From Cyanophyceae cyanobacterium (GTDB lineage Bacteria > Cyanobacteriota > Cyanobacteriia > Cyanobacteriales > JBHJGN01), in assembly GCA_050331735.1 (NCBI GenBank), contig JBHJGN010000079.1, positions 1 through 58,425 on the forward strand: a stretch of DNA of 58,425 nt. The letters are read 5' to 3'. The position numbers and the translations under genes were made by a program. How positions within the stretch are numbered: position 1 is the stretch's first letter; every line of letters begins with the position of its first letter. The notes under the pieces were generated by a model. That model was not told where the DNA came from. It did no database searches and was given only the letters and a program-made list of their open reading frames with translations. This document shows, in pieces, positions 28,702 through 37,964 of the stretch.

Positions 28702-29301
28702 TTACTCATTAATACTGCCATCCGGCATGGTTGCTCCTTGAAAGTTTGCCTCTTCAAGGTCAACCCCATCAATGAGAGCTGCATTGAGGTTCGCTCCGCT
28801 AAATGTGGCTCCATCGAGCTTGGCGTTACTCAGATTCACTGCTCTGAGATAGGCCCCAGCTAAATTGGCTCCCGTCAGATCCGCCCCGCTTAAGTTCGCT
28901 TCGGTCAGAGCGGCCTGACTAAGATTGGCCTGAGAGAGATTGGCGTTACTGAGATCGGCGCTATCTAAAAACGCTCCTGCTAGATTAGCCCCCCTCAAAT
29001 CGGCACCGCTGAGGTTCGCTCGATTCAGTTTCGCTTCTTGAAGATCTTGACTACTGAGGTTAGCTCTACTAAGGTCACACTCTAAGCATTCATTGGTCTG
29101 CTGTAGCTTGTCGAGGTCGCTTAAGGTCGCTTCCTCGTCTCCTTGACACCCAGATGCTGTAAGGCAGATGAGCAAGGCAGGGATAAATGTTTTTAGAACT
29201 CTGGGCAGCTTCAAGGGTTTTTCTGACCTGGTGTCGTGCTTAACTAAAAGTAGGCGCGATAACGCGCCTACATCAATTTTCAAAAGGGTGAGCCTCTCCA
29301 C
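28702..29301 (-). CDS. Pentapeptide-repeat lipoprotein (start codon uncertain)
   Basis: LLICLTASGC lipobox, C..CDL and A(N/D)LSG repeats, terminal MPDG. Confidence 0.88.
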   Translation of the reverse strand: MERLTLLKIDVGALSRLLLVKHDTRSEKPLKLPRVLKTFIPALLICLTASGCQGDEEATLSDLDKLQQTNECLECDLSRANLSSQDLQEAKLNRANLSGADLRGANLAGAFLDSADLSNANLSQANLSQAALTEANLSGADLTGANLAGAYLRAVNLSNAKLDGATFSGANLNAALIDGVDLEEANFQGATMPDGSINE

Positions 29302-29304
29302 GTT

Positions 29305-29868
29305 TTAGTTACGGCTGCCGTTGAGCTTGGGAACAAAGCCAAGGGTTAGACTATCCTCAGCGAGGAAGTGACCGAGATGGTAAGCTCGCTCTTCGGTTTT
29401 CAGCAGAATGGTTTCGTACAGATAGCGAGTAGCGCGATCGCCTAAGCTTTCAGCTTGGGATGCTTGCCGACGAATGAGCTGAATGAGCGCTTGTTCGGCC
29501 TGCAAATCGTGCTCTACCATCGCTCGGCAGGGATAAACGCCATCCTCTTCTTGCTCAAAGCAGCACAGTTCAGCAAGCTTAGCAAACGTGGCCGCCGGAA
29601 CGCCGCCGATGCCGTCGAGTCGTTCGCCGATCTCGTGAACGTGCTCTTGGACTTCTTGATAGGCTTCGTTAAAGTACTCGTGCAGCCCATAATATTCCGA
29701 GCCTTCAACGGTAAAATGGTGCTTTTGATATTGCAGGTATAGCGCCTGAAAACTAGCGAGAACCTCGTTTAAACCTTCGGTAACAGGACCAGTCACACTT
29801 CGGTCTAAAACAACAACATTGTCACAAACCTCTCCAAACTGGCGCAGTATTCCTTGAGTAGTGGACAT
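29305..29868 (-). CDS. dps: Dps/ferritin-like protein
   Basis: [23 protein letters not shown] and EERAYHL.HFL motifs. Confidence 0.93.
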   Translation of the reverse strand: MSTTQGILRQFGEVCDNVVVLDRSVTGPVTEGLNEVLASFQALYLQYQKHHFTVEGSEYYGLHEYFNEAYQEVQEHVHEIGERLDGIGGVPAATFAKLAELCCFEQEEDGVYPCRAMVEHDLQAEQALIQLIRRQASQAESLGDRATRYLYETILLKTEERAYHLGHFLAEDSLTLGFVPKLNGSRN

Positions 29869-30144
29869 GGTAGTGTTCTCTCTCAATTAATTAAATTTAT
29901 TGACAATGTCCAGTCTAACACAGTCACAATGAATAGCAGCGCGATTAATTGTCTGTAAACGCTGAAATATATCTCGGGAAGGACAGTCTATTGAAGAACT
30001 TGGCCAAAAATCTAAGAATCTATTGCCAATAAGTGTCATTTAATTTTATACTCTACTCAAAGAACAAATTGCTGGCGTAATCGATTGTTTAAAGGTAGTT
30101 TAAGACTGCTCGTCGAGCGCTAAGCAGGAGATTCTCTTGCCAGC

Positions 30145-30163
30145 TTAAATGCAAATCATTATC
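30145..30163 (+). promoter_or_regulatory. Fur-box-like site
   Basis: TTAAATGCAAATCATTATC matches 14 of 19 positions of GATAATGATAATCATTATC. Confidence 0.5.
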
Positions 30164-30177
30164 TGCTAGAAAAAAGC

Positions 30178-30435
30178 ATGAGCCTAACCAGACCATCCTC
30201 AGACAACTACGTAATCGCCGTTGATCGCTCCGAGCGGTGGGAAATTTATCGTCGCCTGCAAGAGCTGCATATTTCGTGTCAGTGTTCTCCTCACCAACCT
30301 CTGCAAGTCCAGATTCTCGACTCCACGGCTGCCATTCAATTGTGGAGCATTGTCAAACAGTCAACGTCCTCTCGTTATGAATTAATTAGTTGGCTTCATC
30401 GCTGCTGGCAGCTTCACAGTGAAGAGAACAGCTAA
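30178..30435 (+). CDS. Asr1405/Asl0597-family small protein
   Basis: RWEIYRRLQEL.I.C.C...QPL.V......AIQLWSIVKQ....R.ELISWL.RCW pattern. Confidence 0.8.
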   Translation: MSLTRPSSDNYVIAVDRSERWEIYRRLQELHISCQCSPHQPLQVQILDSTAAIQLWSIVKQSTSSRYELISWLHRCWQLHSEENS

Positions 30436-30510
30436 ATCAGTGATTAGCGATTAAAAAGCAGTCGTTGGTTAAGATCGTTACTGGGTCACTGATCACTGTT
30501 CTCGTTTCGA

Positions 30511-31083
30511 TCAGCGGTGTGATTTATTTCTGACTGAATAAAGTTTTGTGGTCACATACCAAGTGCACCAAACCAACGGACCGAGAAGGGCTATTTCCCG
30601 CAGCACCGTCATTAAATTATGAAGACTCAGCACCGTCTGAATTAAACCTTGCCCAACTGATGTATATTTGAATCCAGCAAAAATCTGGAAGGGCAGAATA
30701 AAGTACTCTGGAGTAAAGGGCCAGAATGCCTGCACTCCTGAAGGCGGTAGCGGATCGACGACCAGCATATCGAGCAAAATGTGAACTGAATACAGTCCCG
30801 CTGCCCAAATCCACCACCGTCCCCGAATTCTAAAGCGCTTTAGTACCATAGCAATTAATACACCGATCGGGAGCGCCACAAGCAAACTGTGAGAAGCCTG
30901 ACGATGGAACCGTCCCGGTTCGCCAAACAGCAGCAATCCTGGCAGCATGTCTAAGTCTGGCAGATTAGAAATCAACACAGAACTAATTAAAAGCTGCTGT
31001 CTATTGAGCCTTTTAAAGGCGTAGGTTTTGGTAAGCAGATAACCGCAGAGTCCGGCAAGAGTATGTCCGACTGGTGATGGCAT
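30511..31083 (-). CDS. Membrane-bound metal-dependent hydrolase (YdjM-like)
   Basis: MPSPVGH, NLPDLD, HRQASHS and HILLD motifs. Confidence 0.85.
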   Translation of the reverse strand: MPSPVGHTLAGLCGYLLTKTYAFKRLNRQQLLISSVLISNLPDLDMLPGLLLFGEPGRFHRQASHSLLVALPIGVLIAMVLKRFRIRGRWWIWAAGLYSVHILLDMLVVDPLPPSGVQAFWPFTPEYFILPFQIFAGFKYTSVGQGLIQTVLSLHNLMTVLREIALLGPLVWCTWYVTTKLYSVRNKSHR

Positions 31084-31163
31084 AGTTTCTTTTTGGTTGA
31101 TGGTTGATCGTTTTCTAGCTATCTGAAGAGGATGCTTTACTAATTGAGAAGCTGCCAGAGTTA

Positions 31164-32828
31164 TTATTCCCGACAACGGTAAAGTTGATAGCGGTATCCC
31201 GGCACTCGCTGATGTTTTTCAGGAGTACAGCGTTCTAGCTGAGGAGGATCGGCAAAATTGACGAGCCATAGCTGTACGGGCTGAGGAAGTTGCGCGATCG
31301 CCTGCTGTACTGACGCGGCCTGAGCATCCGGTTCCTGGTGTACGAAGAGAAAAAATGGCGAGAATTGCGGGTAACGCTGCTGAAACTGCCACGCGAGTCC
31401 GAGCAGTTCTGCGGTTTGCCCGTGAGACTTGTGAGCGATCGCGATCAGTAGCGACTCAGAAGGGTGAGTGTTCTCCACTATTTGAGGAACGACTAAATCG
31501 GGACGTTCAAATTTTTGGTATCCCAAGTTACTGACTACCGTCAAAGCGCCGAACAATCCCATAATTAAAGTGACAATGACGGCAATTTTTGGGCGATCGC
31601 CCTGCCACAATTTAGCTAAAATGGCCCCCAACAGCAACACGACAGCGGGGAAGGTCGTAAACTGAAAGCGAGCCGCCGCCGTGAGATCGGCGCCCAAAAA
31701 GTAGGTGATGGCCACAATAATAAGCGAGGAGGCAATAATATATCCGCCGATAGTCTGGATCTCGACCCGATGCTGCTTCTGTATAGCCCGTAATCCTGTC
31801 ACAAACTTGGGCATCAGCCACAGCAGCACGAGTAGAACGACGACACCCGAAAGAATCGTCAGCGGTAGCGGCGTACCTTCAACAGGCAACAAGAATAACA
31901 TTGTCGTGAGCCATACTAGCAGCCGTCCAAATGGACCCAAAAACTCTTCCCACGGATTGCCCTCATAAATCCAGCTAGTCAGATTATTGCCCGGAATGCG
32001 CACTAGAGCCGGGAGCCACACTAAAATACCAATGGTCGTTCCGGTGATCGCTGCGTAGATTCTTTGCCATGAAGCTGATATCAGTGTTGAGCGATCGCGC
32101 TGCCACTGCCGCAGCCACAGTGCCAACAGCACCAACCCTTGAGCGGCAAGAGCAAGCAGAAAAAAATAGTGCGTTGCAAATCCTAAGCTGTTTACTCCGA
32201 TCCAGAACAGCATCAGCCAGCGTGAAGTGGGTTGCCTCCGGTGACGGACCGCGATGACCAAGCATCCTAGTGAAGCGATCGCCCAGAGAATTGCCAAAGT
32301 GTAGTGGCGAGCTTCTTGAGAAAGGTAGATCCCGTAAGGAGACACTGCCATTAGTGCCGCCGCCATCTGCCCAACTAACCGCGAGCGGAAGACAAGCCAC
32401 CCCAACCCAAACATCGCTAGAATGGCGGCGGCTCCCAATAAAGCGCTTAGAGAACGAGCGCTCCAAATTGAAACCAGTTCTGATGGCGGTGAAAAGAGCT
32501 TGAGCCACCAGTGATTCACAATAAAGTACAGAGGAGGATGGGTACTGTCATTGATTAGGGCAGCCACGACATCTCCTGAGTCTTGCGCTGCGTTTAGACG
32601 CATCGGCAGCAGTAAAGTTTCTAGAGATATGACCTCATTGAGAGGAACCGTACTGAAGCGGTGTCCCAAACTAAACACGATCGTTGCCCACTCATCAGAC
32701 CAAGGCGGCTTAGCATCGAGTTGGGTGCAGCGTAAGCCAACACCCACTATCAACCCGCATAACAGCAGCCAAAGATGAAGCCAGCGACATTTTTGCTGGT
32801 GACCGAAGCGCTTAGGTGCTTTCATCAT
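31164..32828 (-). CDS. Glycosyltransferase family 39 (ArnT/PMT-like) membrane protein
   Basis: WSDE, STHPPLYF, SQEARHY and THYF motifs. Confidence 0.85.
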   Translation of the reverse strand: MMKAPKRFGHQQKCRWLHLWLLLCGLIVGVGLRCTQLDAKPPWSDEWATIVFSLGHRFSTVPLNEVISLETLLLPMRLNAAQDSGDVVAALINDSTHPPLYFIVNHWWLKLFSPPSELVSIWSARSLSALLGAAAILAMFGLGWLVFRSRLVGQMAAALMAVSPYGIYLSQEARHYTLAILWAIASLGCLVIAVRHRRQPTSRWLMLFWIGVNSLGFATHYFFLLALAAQGLVLLALWLRQWQRDRSTLISASWQRIYAAITGTTIGILVWLPALVRIPGNNLTSWIYEGNPWEEFLGPFGRLLVWLTTMLFLLPVEGTPLPLTILSGVVVLLVLLWLMPKFVTGLRAIQKQHRVEIQTIGGYIIASSLIIVAITYFLGADLTAAARFQFTTFPAVVLLLGAILAKLWQGDRPKIAVIVTLIMGLFGALTVVSNLGYQKFERPDLVVPQIVENTHPSESLLIAIAHKSHGQTAELLGLAWQFQQRYPQFSPFFLFVHQEPDAQAASVQQAIAQLPQPVQLWLVNFADPPQLERCTPEKHQRVPGYRYQLYRCRE

Positions 32829-33367
32829 TGAGAATTCTCTTAAAGTGGTATTATCTCCGCTGCTTACTCTCCGCATCCGGGAATAGACCCAGAGTCAGTA
32901 CAGAAATCATGCTAACGGCTCGCGGAGATGCTTCGTCAAGTCTATTTGAATGGCCGTGGCTTAATCCTAATAATAATTGAGTAGATTGAAGAAAACACGA
33001 GAGGCTGGTATTTTTAGGCAAAAAATACCGATTTTTAGCGCGCTTAATCTGTTTAATTAACAACACTCCTGTCGGAAAATAAATAGCGTGAATTGGGCCT
33101 TCCTTCAGCTATCGATTGTGCTTTCCATTGCCCTTTAAAGGTTTATAAAAATAGATTTAAGATGGTATTCGGAAGTTATTGAGGATTTTACCTGTGTTAA
33201 CTAGTTTAGTATACTGGCATACTTTTTTAGTCTGCGGTTACTGAAAATAATCTTACTCATTTCAAAGAGTTTCTTGTTAATCAATTGAGCTAGGAGCTAG
33301 AAGTAATAGAGCGGGAAGCTACCGCTAATTTTCTGTATAATAGCTAGTTAAAATTGGGAAAAAACTA

Positions 33368-33955
33368 ATGAATACTGCCCGTAATATTTTTGCAAAAGTT
33401 AAACGCTCTGTTACACAAGAAGAACCTCGTATAAAGCTACTCAGAAAATTGCCAAAGAAAGCAATTGGAGCTGAGATTGGTGTTTGGAAAGGCGGTTTTA
33501 GCAGCAAGATTATTGAGATCACTGTCCCCAAAGAGCTTCACCTGATAGATCCTTGGTTGTTTCAAAGCGAATTTTCTGAACGGATGTATGGAGGAAAGGT
33601 GGCCAAAAAACAAGAAGATATGGATGAAATTTATCAGGCAGTCAGAGATCAGTTCAAAGATAATACCAGAGTTGTCATTCACAGAGGATTTTCAGAAGCA
33701 GTCCTGGCAGAATTCGAGGATAATTACTTGGATTGGGTATACATTGACGGCAATCACTACTATGAGTACGTGTGTAAAGATCTAGAGCTATCTTTCTTCA
33801 AGGTGAAGTCGGGAGGAATTATTGCCGGTGACGACTATACCTGGGGAGCAAAAAACGGATTTCCTGTTGCAAAAGCAGTTCAAGACTTTGTTAAAGAAAA
33901 AAAACTTGAAAATAAGCTAGAAATCATCAGCTCGCAGTTTATTATCAGACGATAG
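33368..33955 (+). CDS. Class I SAM-dependent methyltransferase (Methyltransf_24-like), AT-rich
   Basis: GAEIGVWKG, IDPW, DWVYIDGNH.YE and GGIIAGDDY motifs. Confidence 0.88.
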   Translation: MNTARNIFAKVKRSVTQEEPRIKLLRKLPKKAIGAEIGVWKGGFSSKIIEITVPKELHLIDPWLFQSEFSERMYGGKVAKKQEDMDEIYQAVRDQFKDNTRVVIHRGFSEAVLAEFEDNYLDWVYIDGNHYYEYVCKDLELSFFKVKSGGIIAGDDYTWGAKNGFPVAKAVQDFVKEKKLENKLEIISSQFIIRR

Positions 33956-34671
33956 ACCCCTCACTTCGCTTCTCTCAATCAATGACTCAAATTTAAGCAT
34001 GTCTCTATGCTTGTCTTTTTGGCACACTGTTGACTGCAATCTTAATAAACAGATGAAGCGGCATTGTCATGCGAGCGTTAAACTACACAATAGAGCACTC
34101 TGGGGCGCTTGAGCTTGAGCATCAAAGATGCAGACTGATAAATATAGCGTTTCTCAAAAAGCGTGAGGTACACCAGAAACTATGGTGTGAACAATCAACA
34201 ATCAAGCAGAGCCTGGGGACGCTGAGCGCCAGCAGTGGTTCCGGCGCGTCCCCCAGCAATCAACAAAAACTAGGATTTAGGGTTGTACCTTATTAGAGTG
34301 AGAATTGCTATATCATTCACCTTCATCTCAATTTCTATCGTTTTAAGCGTCAAGAGCGCTCGTGCTCAGAGGGTGTTAGTCCCGGTTGTTGGTAGCCAAA
34401 ACGATTACTCACTCTTCTGTACTCACTAAGCATAATAAGCCCTTCCTTATCAAGTGTGATCTGAAGCGAACTGATAAGGAAGGCCACCTCCATGCCGTAG
34501 CGGGGCTAATAGGGCAGTATCAGCCTCCCATCGGTGGCACAGAAGTGATGGGCAGTGCTAATTAGGTTTTCCTTGTCTCTCTATACCTAATACTCCTTGC
34601 AAAGCGATGAAAACTATGCAAACTTTCTGAAATGGCTGTGTAAGCGTCTAGCAGACAGCTTTAAAAACTTC

Positions 34672-34700
34672 TTGACAGACAAGTCTGTCTGGTTTATAGT
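34672..34700 (+). promoter_or_regulatory. Sigma70 promoter TTGACA-17-TATAGT overlapped by a TetR-type operator
   Basis: -35 at 34672-34677, -10 at 34695-34700; operator ACAGACAAGTCTGTCT at 34675-34690; ATG 7 nt after the -10. Confidence 0.8.
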
Positions 34701-34706
34701 AAAAAC

Positions 34707-35279
34707 ATGAACGCCATTACAGAACAAGATAGTCCGAAAGAACGCCTGCTTAAAACCGTAGAGCGTCTGTTTTACGAACAAGGTTATCAGGCCACTGGAG
34801 TCAACCAAATTATTGCAGAGGCTCAAGTCTGCAAAGCAAGTTTCTACCAGCACTTTCCCTCAAAGGAAGCCCTAGTTCTGGAATACATCGAGACTCATCA
34901 CCGCGACTTTATGCGACGAATCAAACAGGCGGTGGCGCAGCAGTCTAAGTCCTCAGAAAAGCTCCTGACGCTGTTTGACTTCTTGGAGGTGAATAACGAG
35001 TCGTGGGGAGGCTGTACCTTTATCAACATGGCAGCGGAGTTTGCTCATCCCCATAGCCAACCGCGCCAGCTCATTGCTCGGTGCAAGAGTGAACTGCGGG
35101 ACTATATTGAGCAACTCGTAAGAGCCTGCTTACCGGCTAACACCCCGAAAGAAACGGTTAAGCTCAAGGCAACAGCAGTCTACTTGCTGTTGGAAGCCGC
35201 CATGATGGAAAGCCGCATTCACCACGATAGTTGGCCCGTTCGAGACGGTCAAGAAGTCGTTAGGCAGATGCTCAATTAA
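34707..35279 (+). CDS. TetR/AcrR-family regulator
   Basis: LFYEQGYQATGVNQIIAEAQVCKASFYQHFPSKEAL HTH; GC.F.N...E motif. Confidence 0.95.
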   Translation: MNAITEQDSPKERLLKTVERLFYEQGYQATGVNQIIAEAQVCKASFYQHFPSKEALVLEYIETHHRDFMRRIKQAVAQQSKSSEKLLTLFDFLEVNNESWGGCTFINMAAEFAHPHSQPRQLIARCKSELRDYIEQLVRACLPANTPKETVKLKATAVYLLLEAAMMESRIHHDSWPVRDGQEVVRQMLN

Positions 35280-35296
35280 TTTTTTTGGCCGTCTTT

Positions 35297-35312
35297 AGAC
35301 AGACTTGTCTGT
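35297..35312 (+). promoter_or_regulatory. Second TetR operator
   Basis: AGACAGACTTGTCTGT is the exact reverse complement of 34675-34690. Confidence 0.75.
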
Positions 35313-35352
35313 ATGCGGAGTATTTGCGATCCCTTTTTAAGGAGTAAAAACA

Positions 35353-35688
35353 ATGAAACGGTTAGCATCTCTTGGTTTAACGTTCGCCTTAGTCGCCCTA
35401 GCCGCCGTGCCTGCCGCTGAAGCCCAGGAGCGACCCACTCCACGAGTCGCCACTGGCAATGCAGCTACGGTTCTGCAACGACAAGCTAATCCCTTTGTGT
35501 TAGTGAACCTTGCTCGTCAAGGTTACTTTGAGAACTTCCCGAGTCATGGTAGCTTACGGCAAGCTAGTGTCACTGATCTTGTTAAAGCCGGAATTGAGCA
35601 AGGAAGAGTCGCTCCAGAAGCGCTGAATGACCCTGGCTACCTTCACGCTGTGGAGATCCATCTCAACACGATTACTAACTCTCGCTAG
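35353..35688 (+). CDS. Small secreted hypothetical protein
   Basis: AAGGAG RBS; signal peptide ending AEA; PFVLVNLARQGYF motif. Confidence 0.8.
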   Translation: MKRLASLGLTFALVALAAVPAAEAQERPTPRVATGNAATVLQRQANPFVLVNLARQGYFENFPSHGSLRQASVTDLVKAGIEQGRVAPEALNDPGYLHAVEIHLNTITNSR

Positions 35689-35760
35689 ACGGATTTCTCT
35701 TTTTCATCGGTTTTGATATAGGGGGGCAAGTAGTTGGTTAACAAGTCTACTCTTCACGCA

Positions 35761-35847
35761 GTGAACGCAAGCCCTGTCGTTTTACAAGGGGCTGTGGCGC
35801 GAACCTGCGTCGCGCCCTTGTAAGCCCCGTGGCAGGGTACTGTTCAC
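35761..35847 (+). repeat. REP-like palindrome with nested hairpin insert
   Basis: GTGAAC...GTTCAC termini; same core as 13382-13423 plus an insert TTACAAGGG...CCCTTGTAA. Confidence 0.6.
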
Positions 35848-35908
35848 CCCCTCGCCAAAACTGATTCATGTTAAATCAAGCACCTAAAGATTCGAGGATA
35901 AAGTAGCT

Positions 35909-36514
35909 GTGACTGCTTTTAATAACCTACAATTCAGCACCCGTTCTGCTCGCAATCGCTGGACTGTCCTCAAGCAGATAGGAAAAACCATTGTTGAAGA
36001 CTATGCGATCGCCTTTGCCCGAGATCCAGCGGCCCGTAACTGGCTAGAAGTGCTACTCTGCTATCCTGGTCCCCAAGCGATGCTGTTGTATCGTTTAGCT
36101 CACTGGCTGCACGGATTAGGGATTGTCTTCTTCCCTCGTTTGCTCTCTCACATTGCTCGTTTCCTCACAGGCATTGAAATTCATCCAGGAGCAAAGATTG
36201 GAAACAGAGTTTTTATCGATCACGGCATGGGAGTTGTCATTGGCGAAACCGCCGTTATTGGCGATGATTGTTTGCTTTATCAAGGAGTCACTCTCGGCGG
36301 GACCGGGAAAGAGAGCCACAAGCGCCATCCTACTTTAGGATGTCATGTCGTCGTCGGTGCCGGAGCCCAGATTTTAGGCAATATTGCCGTTGGGTGTCAC
36401 GCTCGCATTGGCGCTGGGGCCGTTGTTGTGAAAGAGGTTCCGGCAAATTCTACAGTTGTCGGGATTCCCGCTCGGATTATTTCTCAACGTGATGGAGAGG
36501 TTGATTGTCATTGA
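35909..36514 (+). CDS. cysE: Serine O-acetyltransferase
   Basis: [34 protein letters not shown] and KRHPTLG motifs. Confidence 0.95.
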   Translation: MTAFNNLQFSTRSARNRWTVLKQIGKTIVEDYAIAFARDPAARNWLEVLLCYPGPQAMLLYRLAHWLHGLGIVFFPRLLSHIARFLTGIEIHPGAKIGNRVFIDHGMGVVIGETAVIGDDCLLYQGVTLGGTGKESHKRHPTLGCHVVVGAGAQILGNIAVGCHARIGAGAVVVKEVPANSTVVGIPARIISQRDGEVDCH

Positions 36515-36651
36515 GGTCACAACAACGCTCCCTCTAGTTGAGCAGTTAGTTGTTGCGAGTAAAAACTGCTTGCCACTCACTACTTACTCGAATTCACTCC
36601 CTCAAAGTCCCAATCATTAAGCAATTTCAGACTAATCTCAAGGCATAAAAT

Positions 36652-37359
36652 ATGAATCAACAATTAGATTTAACCCGTATTAATCAAGAACTGACCCAAT
36701 TAGAAGCTTCAGAAATCGTTCTCTGGACCAAAGATATCTTCGGAGACGGTTTAGCGATGAGTACCAGTTTTGGAATCACGTCAGCCGTGATGCTGCATCT
36801 GGTAACTCAAGTCATTCCCAACCTTCCGGTAATCTGGATCGATACGGGGTACCTGCCGCCAGAAACCTATCGCTTTGCTGAAGAACTGACTGACAAGCTG
36901 AAGCTCAATTTGCATATTTATCAGTCTGCTCTCACTCCGGCTCGGATGGAAGCTCTCTACGGCAAGCTGTGGCAGCAAAATGACCGAGAAGCTCTCAACC
37001 GCTACGACTATCTCCGTAAAGTGGAGCCGATGAACAGAGCTTTAGCAGAATTAGGAGCAACGGCTACTTTAGCAGGCTTGCGACGCGAGCAAACTGATTT
37101 TCGCTCATCATTACAGCCAATCAATCTGCAAGGAGAGCGCTACAAGATTCTGCCGATTCTAGATTGGAATGCCAAAATGATTTACTCTTACCTCCAAAAG
37201 CATCAACTACCCTACCACCCACTATTCGACAAAGGATATGTTACTGTCGGCGACTGGCATTCTAGTCGTCCGCTTATCGCTAGCGACACCAATGAACGTT
37301 CAACTCGCTTCCGGGGACTCAAGCAAGAATGTGGTCTCCATCTTCCCGTCGCTGCTTAA
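36652..37359 (+). CDS. cysH: PAPS/APS reductase
   Basis: STSFG, IDTGY, RKVEP, GY.TVGD.H and ECGLH motifs. Confidence 0.95.
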   Translation: MNQQLDLTRINQELTQLEASEIVLWTKDIFGDGLAMSTSFGITSAVMLHLVTQVIPNLPVIWIDTGYLPPETYRFAEELTDKLKLNLHIYQSALTPARMEALYGKLWQQNDREALNRYDYLRKVEPMNRALAELGATATLAGLRREQTDFRSSLQPINLQGERYKILPILDWNAKMIYSYLQKHQLPYHPLFDKGYVTVGDWHSSRPLIASDTNERSTRFRGLKQECGLHLPVAA

Positions 37360-37440
37360 CTGGTGAAGTTGTGCGGCGGCAGACAACCTCAACTACTCAC
37401 CGATAATTTCTGTTCCGTCCGCACCAACGCAGTGTTAGGC
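37354..37440 (-). mobile_element. Integron-type attC site
   Basis: Minus strand GCCTAAC-actgc-GTTGGTGCGGACGG...CCGCCGCACAAC-ttcacca-GTTAAGC: R''/R' boxes and an imperfect inner palindrome with two unpaired bases. Confidence 0.75.
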
Positions 37441-37448
37441 TGCTGGTG

Positions 37449-37718
37449 CTACATCCGCTTAAGCAACTCATCGTACTCTGCGTGTGCACCAATCTAAAAC
37501 CAGTAAATGTGATTATCTTCCAACAAACCAAGAACTCGGTAGTCTAAACTCACACGAGCCGAATAGATTGGTTGGCGCTGGCTAACCCGTTTGAACTGAA
37601 GACTATTGTGGTAGGGATCTGAGCACCAGAGTTCATAAGCTTTAGCAGCTTGCTCTTGAACTGACGCAGGAAGCCCATCGAGTTTCTTACGAAATGCTTT
37701 TGTAACGCTTGATTTCAT
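37449..37718 (-). pseudogene. RelE/ParE/HigB-like toxin with a premature amber stop
   Basis: ...DPYHNSLQFK...YSARV..DYR.LG...IYWF*IGAHAEYDELLKRM; the TAG at 37494-37496 sits at the expected Trp of WFWIGxH. Confidence 0.8.
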
Positions 37719-37951
37719 AACTCAGGCTGAGAGGGAAAAACTTCAGCCAGAGGTGTAACATCACCAGCCGCAATTTCCTGTCGAACCATTTCAGCCATCC
37801 GATCCCATTGGTCATCCGTCGTAGATTCAAACTGGGCTTTCCATATCTGCTCATCTTCTATTTCAACAAGAAGACGAGCAGCGATCGCATCCTGCTCATC
37901 AGCAGGTAGAGTTTTTAGTTGGGCAATTACCCGTTCTAGCAATTCAGTCAT
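37715..37951 (-). CDS. Putative antitoxin
   Basis: MTELLE..IAQLK.LP..EQDAIAA.LL.EIEDE..W...F; 4-nt overlap with the toxin gene. Confidence 0.75.
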   Translation of the reverse strand: MTELLERVIAQLKTLPADEQDAIAARLLVEIEDEQIWKAQFESTTDDQWDRMAEMVRQEIAAGDVTPLAEVFPSQPEL

Positions 37952-37964
37952 TGTTACAATCCTC

